Assembly (NCBI GenBank): GCA_964016885.1
Contig: OZ024740.1
Span: 24,180,001-24,244,000, forward strand
Length of the DNA stretch: 64,000 bases
Direction of reading: 5' to 3'
Source of the DNA: Eledone cirrhosa
Lineage: Eukaryota
Positions 29,826-46,542 of the stretch are shown one piece after another (position 1 is the stretch's first letter; each line of letters opens with the position of its first letter). The notes under the pieces are model-generated. The model ran no database searches. It saw nothing but the letters and a program-made list of their open reading frames with translations, and was not told the origin of the DNA. Position numbers and translations under genes: made by a program.

Positions 29826-30337
29826 AATCACATGAATGAAGATTAATAAGGCAGAAGTAAGTTCGACATAAAATATGAAATATGTGCCACATTTGGTTAC
29901 AACGATAGCACGTATTACCTACTGGATACGACATTGGACATCAAGCTGAATGGACGATGTTTCGTACCCTTTCAGAGTGATATGTCCTCTGAGAGAACCC
30001 AGCCTCTTATCTATCAAGCAAACTCTGTGACTACGTAACTGTGAGTAAATACAAGATGGAAGTATCAATCAATACTGACTTGTGATTAGTTGGCTTCTAA
30101 TTCCAATATAACACGAGGATGTCAGCGACTCTGCCTAGCACGGTAAAAATTGTCATTGTTGTCGTTCTTTCTGATGATGATGCTGATGATTGATGATAAT
30201 AAATAATGACTGATGACGCCTAAAAAAGAAATAAGGTGACAAAAAATGAGGGAAACAAAACGAAAATGAGAAAAAAAACAAAATGATTGATTGAAAAAAA
30301 ATGTTATTTGTTAAATTTGCAGAATTTGTGTTGTGGC

Positions 30338-30671
30338 CACCACCACCACCACCACCACCACCAAGAAGAAGAAGAAGAAGAAGAAGAAGAAGAAGAAGAA
30401 GAAGAAGAAGAAGAAGAAGAAGAAGAAGAAGAAGAAGAAGAAAGAAGAGGAGAGGAAGAAGAAGAAAAAGAAGAAGAAGGCAAAGAAGAAGAAGAAGAAG
30501 AAGAAGAAGAAGAAGAAGAAGAAGAAGAAGAAGAAGAAGAAGAAGAAAGAAGAGGAGAGGAAGAAGAAGAAAAAGAAGAAGAAGGCAAAGAAGAAGAAGA
30601 AGAAGAAGAAGAAGAGGAGAGGAAGAAGAAGAAAAAGAAGAAGAAGAAGAAGAAGAAGAAGAAGAAGAAGA
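30338..30671 (+). repeat. (CCA)n followed by (AAG)n with an internal ~105-bp duplication
   Basis: aagaggagaggaagaagaagaaaaagaagaagaaggcaaag occurs twice. Confidence 0.95.
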
Positions 30672-30940
30672 ATATCTATTCTTACGAGAACAAAAAATGA
30701 TCCATGAAAAAAAAAAAAAATGTTCAAAAAAGAAGAACCAGAGCAATATTTTTATCTATTTGCTAGACAGACCCATACATTCATTGAAAAAGTGTTGCAA
30801 AACGGGGTTATAAGATGTGAGGGCATGTACACAGGTGTAAGATAATGAGGAATAAAAGAAAGTTTTCGGTAATACGGTAAAGCATATATTAATGTTACAT
30901 AAAATACGAAATAAATACAGGTAAAAAACAAAAATACAGT

Positions 30941-31082
<142 letters not shown>

Positions 31083-31099
31083 TATATATAGATATATAT

Positions 31100-31162
<63 letters not shown>

Positions 31163-32154
31163 TAGATAGATATGTGTGTGTGTGTGTATATGTATATGTT
31201 TGTGCGTGTGTTTGTGTGAGTGTAATTGTGTATAAATGTATATATACACACACATTTACTGAATACATCTGAGAATATGAAGGAACGAGATGTGTAGCAG
31301 CACATAAAGACTAAATCTCGCGGGATTGTGAGCCAATACACATATTGAAGAAGTTATCTCTCTGACACGTTCTTCCTATTCTTAAATTGATTGCCTCGTA
31401 AAATTTTCGTGATGGCCGCTTTTATATCTTGAACGAAAATCGCGCGAAGTCTCGCGGGAATCACACCTGTGAAATTTTAGTTCAACCGTCTGCAGATGAT
31501 GCATCAAACTGGAGTTTGTAATAGATAGATATAACGTTAAGAGTCCCTGATGCAACGGCGATTATCAGTAAAATAAGAACAAGAGCAATGCAGACAATAA
31601 AACCTCTAGGTGGACAGCTGTTTGGCTAGAAATAGCAGTACTTCTTTTCAATTTCAACTTACTAACGTAAACATAAACTGAAACATTTGTTAATGTGGTC
31701 TTCGGTACAACGTGTCTTAAAACGGCAAAATATGACACGATTTAATATTATATTTATTACAGGTCTCTCTGATCAGAGTTGCGGGGTTACTAAATATCAA
31801 CATCTCGACGTCTGCTGTAGAGTAAATAGCTATAAGTGTCCAACTTAGGGTGTCATGACCTGCTCGCTCGACGTCCCCAAAATTTCTTCTTCTTTCGTAT
31901 AAGACATCAATCACATGACACCCATCAGGCACTTCAACAAGCTCGCGGTAGTAGGATGTGGGTACGTGAGATCCACACTCTCAGGTAGGTTGAGTCGTGC
32001 ACTTACTCATTATGTGTCTGCAGTCTGCTCTGGTGAGCCTCACTGGCTGCTGATGACTGAGCCCCTTCAGATGACAAACTCTTATTACGATAGCCATTTT
32101 ATGAATGAAAGAAGGACATATAGATATATACATAGGTGTATAAACATATATAAG

Positions 32155-32690
32155 TATATATGTAAATAATAATGATAAAAATAATTTATATCATTGTGAA
32201 ATATGTGTATTATCAAATTTTGTTTTAGGTGTCAAGTTGACAGTCGGCTTGATTTGGGAAAGAAGCAGAATTCAAAGGTAATTTCAGATAATAATAATTG
32301 TTTCTACTTTTGGCACAAGGCCAGCAATTAATGCACTGGCATTACTGGTACTTTATTTTATCGACCTCGTAAGGATGAAAGGCAAAGTTAACCTCGTCAG
32401 GATTTGAACTCAGAATGGCAAGGGCCGTAACTCCATGCGTCAAAGCATGGCGCCCAACCCTCTACCGATACTGCCAGTCCACCACCCTTATATATGTAAA
32501 TAATAATGATAATAATAATGTATATCATTTGTATGACAATTGATTATGAAATATGTGTATCATCAAAATTTGCTTTAGGTGTCAGGTTGACAATCGGCTT
32601 GATTTGGGAAGGAAGCAGAATTCAAAGGTAATTTCAAATAATAATAATAATTGTTTCTACTTTTTGGCACAAGGCCAGCAACAAATAATA
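32155..32690 (+). repeat. Local tandem duplication (~350-bp period) whose first copy runs into a SINE
   Basis: gaaatatgtgtat...ggtgtca.gttgaca.tcggcttgatttgggaa.gaagcagaattcaaaggtaatttca at ~32198 and ~32548. Confidence 0.85.
32290..32488 (-). mobile_element. tRNA-derived SINE
   Basis: B-box gttcaaatcc and 5' end ggtggactggcagtatcggtagag on the minus strand. Confidence 0.85.
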
Positions 32691-32734
32691 ATAATAATTG
32701 TTTCTACTTTTGGCACAAGGCCAGCAACAAATAA

Positions 32735-32960
32735 TAATAATAATGATTTCTGTTATAGACACAAGGCCAGTAATTTGGTGGGAGGGGAAATTCGATAAAA
32801 TGGACCCCAGTTCGTTACTGGTAATTTATTTCATCGACCCCGAAAAGATGAAGGTAAAGTTAACCTCGGCGGGATTTGAACTCAAACCGTAAAGGACCGT
32901 AACTCTATGCTGCAAAGCATGGTGTTCGATCCTCCGCCGATACTCTCAATCCACCACCCT
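32735..32960 (-). mobile_element. tRNA-derived SINE
   Basis: Full collinear copy with (ATT)n tail. Confidence 0.85.
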
Positions 32961-32964
32961 TTCA

Positions 32965-33168
32965 AATAATAATAATAATAATGGTTTCTGATTTAGGCAC
33001 AAGGCCAGCAATTTTGGGGGAGGGGAAAGTCGATTATCCGACCCCAGTGCATTACTGGTACTTTATTTTATCGACCCCGTAAGAATAAAAGGCAAAGCTA
33101 ACCTCGGCGGGATTTGAACTCAGAACGTAAAGGGCTGTAACTCGATGCTGCAAATCATGTCCGACGCT
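32965..33168 (-). mobile_element. tRNA-derived SINE
   Basis: Collinear copy, head-to-tail with the previous one. Confidence 0.85.
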
Positions 33169-33491
33169 AATGATGATGATGAGGATGATAGTGATTTATT
33201 ATTAGCCAAACAGAGATCACATTAAGAAAATATTAAAGATAGCACAGGTCAGAACATGGCGGGTTTTCGCGCAAAAAGTGTTTAATAACAGCAACAGGGG
33301 AGCTATAAAAAATTTTGTTCGAAGGTAAGTCTATGTATGTTATATAACTTTTCAGGATAAATCCAACAGCTTACTCTTAAATGTTGGTACATTTATTGCT
33401 ATATTTCGACTTGGGCAACGCAGAAAATTTTGTTATATATATATATATAAAAATAACAGATTAAAGTTTAAGCAAAAAATCGGTGCTTTCA

Positions 33492-35313
<1,822 letters not shown>

Positions 35314-35815
35314 ATGTGTGTATATATATATATATAGTAAATTTAAGTGAGAAAAAACTCCGTTTATGGGAGTACAAGCCAGATAGACAAAAGAGTATTC
35401 AATACTCACTTGTATAAAGATCTCCCTACCATGGTTGCATGGTTGTGTTTGCGGAAGAATCTATTATTGGAAGCACTAACAACTGAAGAAACCGCAATAC
35501 TTTTCTGGGAACTTGTATTTCTTAAAAAAATAAGCGTATAATTTTAATATACAATATTAATTGAGTTGTTTAAGTATTAGAGACTAATTAATTAATATTA
35601 AAATACTCCTTAATTTGCAGAGTTGTATCAGACGGTGTTTCGGCTGCTATTTCTAGCGGTATATAAGCTTGTCGTATATTCCTAATACGTTGAGAATATT
35701 TTGATAATTTAGTAGTTCACCTACATAATATTAATATCCGAAAAACTCAGATTACATTTACATATATATACATATATACACACACACATATATACATATA
35801 TATATGTATATATAT

Positions 35816-36036
35816 TAGAAAGTGAGGTTTTTTTACAAAATGAAAAATAACCGGTGTCCTACACGAGTGAAAGTATAAGGAAAAAAGATGAAATCGAAAA
35901 TGCACCTGGAGTCTTTTTTTTTATATATATATATTTATTTGGTTCCTTATAAATATATATATTTATTAAAAATAAGTATATATATTTAAAAAAAAAAGAT
36001 TCCAGTTGCATTTTGGATTTCATCTTTTTTCCTTAT
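35816..36036 (-). mobile_element. PLE-like family C short fold-back insertion
   Basis: ttagaaagtgagg...ggttcctt, then inverted ccagttgcattttggatttcatcttttttccttat. Confidence 0.7.
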
Positions 36037-36156
36037 GTATATATATATATATTTATGCAGCTTCATATGCAAATGAGATTAATCAACTCATTTACACAGT
36101 CGAGAAAAGTATATATTCTCGCCTGTCTTCTAGTCCAGCAGTCGCAAGCGGTGGGA

Positions 36157-36210
36157 GGGACCGTCCTGACGAAGGCCAGTTAAGCCTGAAATGCATAGAC
36201 GGTTGTCCCC
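36157..36210 (+). ncRNA. Type I hammerhead ribozyme (family I)
   Basis: GGGA-CCGUC-CUGACGA-AGGC(CAGUUAA)GCCU-GAAA-UGCA-UA-GACGG-UUG-UCCC: canonical core, 5+4 bp stem I, palindromic stem III. Confidence 0.82.
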
Positions 36211-36802
36211 CTTGCTTCTGCTGGACATCACCAGAGGACGTTAAACCCAGAGGGTGTTTGCATAGCTACGTCTTCCTAAAACCTTATTTCTTCGGAGATA
36301 CGAAATATTTATATATATATATATATAAGTGGAAGCTTATTAAAATCGAAGCTTTGGCTGTGGCCAAGCAAAGTCGACCTACAATAGGATTGAGTTAGCA
36401 AGCACTCAATAAGGGTAGGTCCTTAGAGTTATAACATACGTTTAAATAGCTTAACAAATTGAACATTGCGGTAGGCAAAACCCAGCCATACAATACCAAA
36501 GTAACGAAAGAACTAACAGGTTAAAAAACAGACCTGGACAAATCAAAATATATACGTCTGAGGTGTTTCCATGAATCCGAAATCATTTATCCAACTTACG
36601 TAACACGCAAGCTTGTGGCATTCGATGATCGAACAGAGGATTCATTTCATCAACAGGGGTCCGTACTGCCTCAAACTGGTGTGAACAAACTAAATATATA
36701 TATATATATATTTATGTAAAAGGTAAACAGAAATAACAACACAATCGGTACAGCATATGGAAGGGATTTATTAGGTTAATGTGTGATATAGTAGGAAGAG
36801 GG

Positions 36803-36838
36803 TCTTAACGTTTCGGGCACCAGGCCTTCATCAGAAGA
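36803..36838 (-). ncRNA. Minimal type I hammerhead motif (family J)
   Basis: UCUU-CUGAUGA-AGGC(CUGGU)GCCC-GAAAC-GUU-AAGA, followed by AATAAA and ending at (TA)n ~36715. Confidence 0.65.
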
Positions 36839-37407
36839 ATGAATGAGAAATAAGATAGATTGAGGGGATGGGCGGGTTAGAATTGGAAAAAATGTCTTTA
36901 TATAAAAATAACAGGTCCATTCATGTTGACATCTCTTGATTTAAAATAGAAGAAAGACATTTGGAACAGATTTTGATCATAGGTTTTGCTCATTCAGAGA
37001 TGAAATGTTGCAAACCTGTCGCAATAAAACAGAAAACTAACGCCAATATTCTAGTTTAACAATCCTTGAATCAAATTGAATCTATGCTGAAAACTAGTGA
37101 TAATGTTTCACTAGACTATACACAATATGTTGGCAGTCATTGTATACGTATGGAGGTATCATATATATAACTTTCAATTAGTGTAGTTGCGGTATACTTT
37201 TAAGAAACTCATATTTTGTATGATATATTCAAACTTCTTGGAGCCTGCTAAGTTTTGAAAGTTATAACAAATTTTCAGTGTGTGAAGGCAGATAATTTAT
37301 TATGATTGCCTCGGTATATCCGCTGGCTTACCATGTCATATATTTAATAATGGAGAATTTACATAAATTCTACCGGTACATATACGTACACACATGGTAA
37401 ATTACTG

Positions 37408-37408
37408 T

Positions 37409-37455
<47 letters not shown>

Positions 37456-37785
37456 GCACATACATACATACACACACACACATACACACATACACACACT
37501 CACACAAACACACATACACACACTCACACAAACACACATACACAAACACACACACATACACACACACTCAAACACAAACACACACACACGCACACAAGCA
37601 CACATACACATACACACACACATACACACAAACAAACACACACACACAGACACACACGCGCACATATATATATATATATGTATGTGTGTATATATATATG
37701 TGTGTGTGTGTGTGTGTTTGTGTACGCATGTATATATGCATATATATACAGGTATATATATTGTACGTATATATATATATATTTA
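37408..37785. repeat. (CA)n/(TA)n/(TG)n compound microsatellite
   Basis: Direct reading. Confidence 0.9.
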
Positions 37786-38672
37786 ATTTTTACAGTTCAA
37801 GATAAAAAATGAAAAAAGATCTGAATTACAAGAGCAACCCTGCATCTCCATTCATCATGTCTATGGATGTTAACTTCGTTAGAGGAACTTTCAGGACCCG
37901 CTCAAAGAAAAAAGAAACAGGAATGATGAAAAATTTGGGAGAAAAAAATGAATTAATATATTTCCCTGAAATTCTAGCAAAGATTGGATCACAAAATTCG
38001 ATCAATTTGTGTAAACAAACACAAAGGTTCGGAAGGGAATGAAATATTTTCTCTTTCATATTTGTATTTTTCGATGCTTCTTAAATGGTCCTGAAGCAGT
38101 AGAATAAAAGGTTAGATATCACCATTGAAGATTACTCCCACCACAACCACCATCACGCCACCACTACCACCACCACCAATGCCGGCATCTACGCCACGAT
38201 TGCAACCAATATCAACCCCAAGCCCTTTAGAAACGAAAAAATTAGATTTAGTTTTTCGCAATATTTAATTTTGTTGACAATATTCTAAATCTGACAGCAC
38301 AATAGGCGGTAAAATTTAAATTTATAAGAGGTGTTGCCTAACTATAAATGTTTGACATCATCTTTTAAATTTTTGTAATTATTTGTGTTATGTATTTTTG
38401 AAATCCAATAAAACTAATCTCACGAGAGGAATTTTGAGCCGTTTCCCACATTCAATATTATATTTAATAGTAATTTATATTAGTTTCACATTCAAGGTGA
38501 TATCATAGTAGACTACACGCTGATCTCGGTTCAATTTATACTGAGGTCAATTTTATCATTCATTATTCCAAGGTCAATAAAATAAATTAAGTCTCAAGCA
38601 ATGTGGTTTGTATAATCGAGTTTGCTCCCTCACCAGCACTATCTTTCCAACTGAATTAAGAGAAATCATTAT

Positions 38673-38880
38673 TCAGTATCGGTAGAGCATCGGACACCAT
38701 GCTTCGCATAGAGTTCCGGCCCTTTATGTTCTGAGTTCAAATCCCACCGATGTTATCTTTGCCTTTCATCCTTACGGGGTTGATAAAATAAAGTACCAGT
38801 CACGCACTGGGGCCGATTTAATCAGCTTTCACTACAAAAAAGATTGCTGGTCTTATGCCTAAATCAGAAATCAATATCAT
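38673..38880 (+). mobile_element. tRNA-derived SINE
   Basis: cagtatcggtagagcatcggac...gagttcaaatccc...tttgcctttcatccttacggggttgataaaataaagtaccag. Confidence 0.85.
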
Positions 38881-38924
38881 TTCAGTCCCATCTTCATAAG
38901 CTGGACTGCTGTGATTTATTGCGA

Positions 38925-39545
38925 TATCTGCTCGATGGTCTGAATAAATACCTACTAATCGGAACACTTTCAGATGACGCACTCGGTTTGTCAAGGATAC
39001 CCCTTTTCCTTCCCTCTATGTATGCTGACGCATGAACCGTTACTGCAGAAGCTGGAGCTGTTGCAGGGCAGTCGCTCGAACAGAAAAGTGGAGGCGCGGT
39101 GTCGGCATATGCGGACGACGTCACCGTGAAGTTGTCGATAACCTTGGGTATCGAGTTGTTCAGTAAATTCTTAGAGAAATACGAAGCGTTGACGGGAACA
39201 AAAATCAACCCGGAATATTCGGTGGGTTTGCAGTTCTGCACCTCGAGAAACAAATCCATGCCGTTCAATAGTGACGTCGAACTCTGGACGGATGGTCCGG
39301 TTAAATTGCTCGGGTCTAGTTTGATCCGAACCACCACGTGGATAAGAACTGAGATGAGTTAACGAGTAGGTCACTCTCACCCAGAAATGGGTCGACTGGA
39401 AGCTATCCCTGCGGTCGAGCAGATGTAGCGGGCTCGTCCATCACCCATGTGATATATTAACATATGACCAGGGTCTCGTATTCCAGTTCACGTCCTACAA
39501 GGCTGGAGCTCCTTCTCTTTCGCTTCTTGAGGAAGGAGCATGTTT
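38925..39545 (+). pseudogene. Old internal RT fragment of a Tx1/L1-clade LINE
   Basis: SAYADDVTV, YEALTGTKINPEYSVGL and WTDGPVKLLG are homologous to 54480-55100. Confidence 0.85.
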
Positions 39546-39664
39546 CCTGACGTTACCATCAGCATGTATACCCCTCTTTCAATCCATAGTTTACTCTCCC
39601 ACTCTTTTCCTCCCTTCTCTCTATAGATTGTGATCTTGTACGAAAGAACCAACACAATGAATTA

Positions 39665-40231
39665 TATATTAAAGGTTTGTTTCTCTGTGGCATTCATTCT
39701 TTCTCCCTTCTTTTCATTTACTCCGTCTTTCTTTCACTCCTTCTTTCTTTCGCGTTCTTTCCTGTCTTTGAATTCTTTCATTTCTCTGTATTTCTATTTT
39801 CTATTTTCCATTCCTTCATTCTTCCTTACTTCCTTTTTCATTCGACCTTTCCTTACTCTTTTTAATTTCTTTCTCTTCCTTCATTTGTTTTTGTTATTCA
39901 TTCGTGTCTTTTTCCCTCATTTTTTTCCTTATTCCTTCTTTCCCTCCTTCTTTTCCTTTCTTTCTAGTTTCTGCTATTTTATCATTTTTCTTTATTTTAT
40001 ATTCCTCTCTCTCATATTTCCTTCAGTTTTTTCTCATAAATTTTTCTTCGTTATTTCCTTCGTTATTTTCTTCTTCCAATATTTTCATTTTTCTTCAGTT
40101 TTACTTTTTCCTTTTGTTTGCTTATTTCTTTTTACATTTCTTAAATTTTCACTCACAGATCTCGTTTTTCATTCTTTCTTTTATTTATTTATTAAGTTCT
40201 TTCCCTCTTTGAAATACCACACACACACGCA

Positions 40232-40308
<77 letters not shown>

Positions 40309-40435
40309 ACTCTCTCTCTCTATCTCTGTCTCTTTCTCACTCTCTCTCTCTTTCTCTCTGACACATAGATACTCTCTCTCCCTCTCTCTCTATCTCTCTC
40401 TCTCTCTCTCTGACACTCCCCCCCCCTCTCCTTCC
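39665..40435 (+). repeat. Pyrimidine/T-rich low-complexity tract ending in (TC)n
   Basis: Direct reading. The F/L/S-rich ORFs are artefacts. Confidence 0.8.
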
Positions 40436-40535
40436 GCTAAATCCATCATTTACGACGAAAAGCAATTTTGTATTTTTATTAAAATCTTCTCCAAAAGTAC
40501 GAACTACTCGAAATGTTTAAAATTGTGTGTAGTTC

Positions 40536-41830
<1,295 letters not shown>

Positions 41831-42044
41831 AGATATATGTGTGTTTGTGTTGGAATGTGTGAATACGCTCACACACATGCGCTAACACGGTTACTGAAAG
41901 AGACATGTGATCATATCGGAAACTCTACCAACATTCCCGCCTATCTCTCTCTCTCTCTCTCATTCTCCCTCTCTCTCTCTCTCATTCTCCCTGTCTCTCT
42001 CTCTCATGCATACACAAACACACACACTCCTCCCTCTATCTCTC

Positions 42045-42376
42045 CTCTTCTTCTTCTTCTTCTTCTTCTTCTTCTTCTTCTTCTTCTTCTTCTTCTTCTT
42101 CTTCTTCTTCTCTCTTCTTCTTCTTCTTCTTCTTCTTCTTCTTCTCCTTCTTCTTCTTCTTCTTCTTCCTCTCCTTCTTCTTCTTCTTCTTCTTCTTCTT
42201 CTTCTTCTTCTTCTTCTTCTTCTTCTTCTTCTTCTCCTTCTTCTTCTCCTCCTCCTTCTTCTTCTTCTTCTTCTTCTTCTTCTTCTTCTTCTTCTTCTTC
42301 TTCTTCTTCTTCTTCTTCTTCTTCTTCTTCTTCTTCTTCTTCTTCTTCTTCTTCTTCTTCTTCTTCTTCTTCTTCT
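42045..42376 (+). repeat. (TTC)n microsatellite ~330 bp
   Basis: Direct reading. Confidence 0.97.
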
Positions 42377-42519
42377 CATTATCAACCACCTCTCTCTCTA
42401 TCCACCTGTCTCTCTCTCACTCTATCCACCTGTCTCTCTCTCTCTATCCACCTGTCTCTCTCTCACTCTATCCACATGTCTCTCTCTCTCTATCCACCTG
42501 TCTCTCTCTCTCTCTATCA

Positions 42520-43265
42520 GTCAAGGTGAATGGCTACCTATCGGAGCCATTCCAAATCATGCGTTCCATCCGTCAGGGATGCCTTCTCTCCTCCATTCTG
42601 TATGTACTCACTGCAGAAGTTGGAGGAGCAGTTGCTGGCCATCCCGATCACACCAGGACTGCGGAAAGCAGCGTCGACCTATGCCGACCACGTAACCGTG
42701 ATGGTGTGGACAAATGGGAAGTCGGGGTAATCAGCAACCTATTACAGGAATAGGAAACGTTGACAGGAGCAAGACCAACCAAGTGTGTCGGTTTGCAACT
42801 CGGCATATGGAGAGGTAACCCCATACATTCCGATAGTGTCGTTGGACGCTGGACGGAAGGACCGGGGAAATTGCTCGGTGTCTGGTTTAGTCCAGATCTC
42901 CAGGTAGGCAAGAACTGGAACGAGGTTACGGCGAAGGTGTTTGCACTCACCCAGAGTGCAAACTCTCCTTGAAAGGTCGAGCGGTGGTGGCGAACACTTA
43001 CATAGCGTCCGTCATCTACTAGCGCTTGACAGTCGTGCCTTGCCCTCGCGAATACCTCACCAAAATGGAACGCCTACTCTTCAAGTTCCACTGGAAGAAA
43101 CAGGCTCCATTGGTGAGGAGGTTCACCTGCTGCCAACACCCTTCTAACGGAGGGCTGGGCTTGCCGTGGCTGATGATGCGCAGACACGCGCTGAGGCTAC
43201 GCCATCTCCAGATATTCCTGACCGGTGAACCGGTGTGGCTGTCGTTTGTCAGACAAGCTCCTCCA
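42520..43265 (+). pseudogene. Internal RT fragment of the Tx1/L1-clade LINE family
   Basis: VKVNGYLSEPFQIMRSIRQGCLLS, STYADH, WTEGPGKLLGVWF, GGLGLPWLMMRRHALRLRHL, collinear with 54480-55250. Flanked by tatccacctgtctctc repeats. Confidence 0.9.
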
Positions 43266-43681
43266 CAACTCCTCTATCCCTCTCTCTATCCCCCTCCCTA
43301 TCCCTCTCTCTATCCCTCTCTCTATCCACCTGTCTATCCCTCTTTCTAACCCTCTGTCTATCCACCTGTCTGATTCTCTCTCATTCACTTTTCCTCTTAC
43401 CCCTCCTCTTTCTATCTTCTTTTCTTCATTTTAATTATTTGTTATCCATGTATAATATATTTACTCTGAGCTCCATTAACACATTCTCTCCTACATTGAC
43501 ACACGCACACCTACATAGATATATGTGTGTGGGCACCTATACAAATATGCACGTACATACATACATAGATACATATATACATATATACATACATATAAAC
43601 ATACATACATGCATACATTCATACATACATACATACATACATACATACATACATACATACATACATACATACATACATACA

Positions 43682-43997
43682 TGGTGGCTGCCAACTCGTT
43701 TTCGAGTACGACCACTACTTTATATCCATGTAGGAGAACCCCTACCGATGCGCTGAACGAGTGACTTTTTAGTCCAGCCAGCGACTTGAAAACTCTGGTA
43801 CAAACACTACACTTGTGACAATTATTGACACATAGTGCTGGGCCCATGGTACCATGTGACGACAAGTGCAGAGAGATCTCCAGATATAAAGCAATGCCTG
43901 TGCCGTGAAGCTTTTATAGTGAGCAAAGGCACTGCACAAAGCCAGTCCCACTCTCTTAACCAAGATGATATTTACCAAAAAGAACAACAAGACAACA
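43682..43997 (-). mobile_element. 5'-truncated copy 3 of the RTE-derived non-autonomous element
   Basis: Collinear with 14062-14372, with (TACA)n tail. Confidence 0.8.
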
Positions 43998-44095
43998 TAC
44001 ATATTAACATACATTCTTCTATGAATAAACATACATGGCTATTACGCAAAATTTCACATTGGAATGTCACTTCTTTAGTTCACACGTACTATATC

Positions 44096-44206
<111 letters not shown>

Positions 44207-44231
44207 ATATATATATAAATATGTATATATA

Positions 44232-44439
44232 TTTCGTTTCTGAATTTGTTTAGCAAGATTCTTTATCTGAAATCGTGTGTTTGAAACCGATATTGTTGTA
44301 CTTTGGGAGGGTCATGTTGCCAATAAGAAACACACGCACCAGTTGCTTTCACTTCAATTTATTATAATAAATTGAAGTGAAAGCAACTGGTGCGTGTGTT
44401 TCTTATTGGCAACATAACCCTCCCAAAGTACAACAATAT
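44232..44439 (-). mobile_element. Family D fold-back insertion (arms 44290-44363/44366-44439 plus ~57 nt tail) in (TA)n
   Basis: Near-perfect inverted repeat. Tail resembles 59445-59487 and arm end resembles 58857-58880. Confidence 0.65.
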
Positions 44440-44647
44440 GTATATATATTGGAAAACGTATGACCCCGACGGCAGAGCTCAAGCCGTTCCGACGGCTATT
44501 TCCAGAAATACCCACTCTACTACCCTAAGTATTGAGTACTCTGGTGCGTTATGGTCCATCTGGTTCCTTACTACATCTCCTTCGTTATATATATATATAT
44601 AATGACGAAAACATAAGTCAATTGCATGAACTCATAATCCTCTATTT

Positions 44648-44703
44648 ACTGCTATATATATTTCGATGATAGCCATTGAATTGCTACGACCTCATCAGGC
44701 AGT
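44648..44703 (-). ncRNA. Type I hammerhead ribozyme (family K) downstream of a PLE-like PDGLN remnant (44888-44902)
   Basis: ACUGC-CUGAUGA-GGU CG UAGC(AAUUCAAUG)GCUA UC AUC-GAAA-UAUAUA-UA-GCAGU. Confidence 0.8.
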
Positions 44704-45105
44704 TAGTCAGTTCTTAGATATGCCAGCACTGTGTTTATAGTGTTGATGCTATCAGAGCCTTGGGACATATGAGCTTGTTAGGAATAATTTAATGTTGTCA
44801 GCAGGAATAGTCTTAATTCTCATTGGTCAGTTTGTAGATGGTAGTAGAGATGGTATTTGACCTCAAAGAGGCAGGTGGTGTTGTAAAGTTCAAACCGTCA
44901 GGCAAGATGACAATAGTTCCATATGACTGATTTTCACAAAAAGCATTCCTGGTCAGATATATATTTAATTAAGGTTAATAGTATGAAATAGATACTACAG
45001 GTCATTCTTAAATTGAGGAATATATATATATGTGTGTGTGTGTGCGTGTGTTTATATATATATGTATGTATATATATAAATAAATATAAATATATATTCA
45101 CACAC

Positions 45106-45187
<82 letters not shown>

Positions 45188-45933
45188 TTATATAAATACA
45201 TATATGTATATACAAATATATATGTATATCTGCATATATATATATATATAAAATTGAAAAAGTGGAGAATAACAGGGTCAACAGTCAACTTTTTCACTCT
45301 TTCAATTTTATTACTCCAAGATGAACTTATATAGGAATACAAGTGAAATCATAAAACTCGCCACCTACGTAAACTTCTTGTTGAGTCAAACAACGCCGTA
45401 CGCTAATAAGAAGTATTCACAACCTCTAACTGGATTGCCTATAACGACATTTTGTAATCTCTTATATATATATCTATATATATATAAACGGAAAAAATGA
45501 TACGAAATTTCATTTCCAACTCTTAGCTATCGTCAGCAACGTATACCTTCCTGCTAGATGATTGAACGTCTGAAAGTATATACTTTCCTTATGCATATTA
45601 ACGGCTGAGTAGCCCAATTTGCATATCGAGTGGGTTAATCGGCCGGGTGCACCGAAAACGATAAACGGAAAAAATGAATCGAAATTTCATTTCCCACTCT
45701 TAGTTCGGCTGTTACTTAAATATAAGTATGTATACGTACATACATATATGTATACAGACGTACAGTAGTATGTATATATATATACATGCATGCACACATA
45801 TATATATATATATGTACGCATGGATCCACCGAACATTTATTATAATGCTCGGTGTGTTTGTAAACAAACATCCCGTATTAAGCCGTAGTGTCTAGCAACC
45901 ATCGTTGCTCGTTTGTTGAACACTGACAAAGGA

Positions 45934-45976
45934 ACGCTGTACTAGTTTCAAGCTTATTAGCTATCGTCAGCAACGT
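45934..45976 (-). ncRNA. Type I hammerhead ribozyme (family E)
   Basis: ACGUUG-CUGACGA-U AGC(UAAUAA)GCU U-GAAA-CUAG-UA-CAGCGU. Confidence 0.78.
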
Positions 45977-46499
45977 ATACCTTCCTGCCAGATGATTGAA
46001 CGTCTGAAAGTATATACTTTCCTTATGCATATTAACGGCTGAGTTGCCCAATTTGCATATAGCCTGGGTTAATCGGCCGGGTGCACCGAAAACGATAAAC
46101 GGAAAAAAGGAAACGAAATTTCATTTCAATCATCTGGCAGGATGGTTGCTAGACACTACGGCTTAATACGGGATGTTTGTTTACAAACACACCGAGCATT
46201 ATAATGAATGTTCGGTGAATCCATACGAACATATATATATATGTGTGTGCATGTATGTATATATATATACATACTACTGTACGTCTGTATACATATATGT
46301 ATGTACGTATACATACTTATATTTAAGTAACAGCCGAACTAAGAGTGGGAAATGAAATTTCGATTCATTTTTTCCGTTTATTGTTTTCGGTGCACCCGGC
46401 CGATTAACCCACTCGATATGCAAATTGGGCTACTCAGCCGTTAATATGCATAAGGAAAGTATATACTTTCAGACGTTCAATCATCTAGCAGGAAGGTAT

Positions 46500-46542
46500 A
46501 CGTTGCTGACGATAGCTAATAAGCTTGAAATTAGTACAGTAT
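46500..46542 (+). ncRNA. Family E hammerhead, partly decayed stems I and III
   Basis: ACGUUG-CUGACGA-UAGCUAAUAAGCUU-GAAA-UUAG-UA-CAGUAU. Confidence 0.6.
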
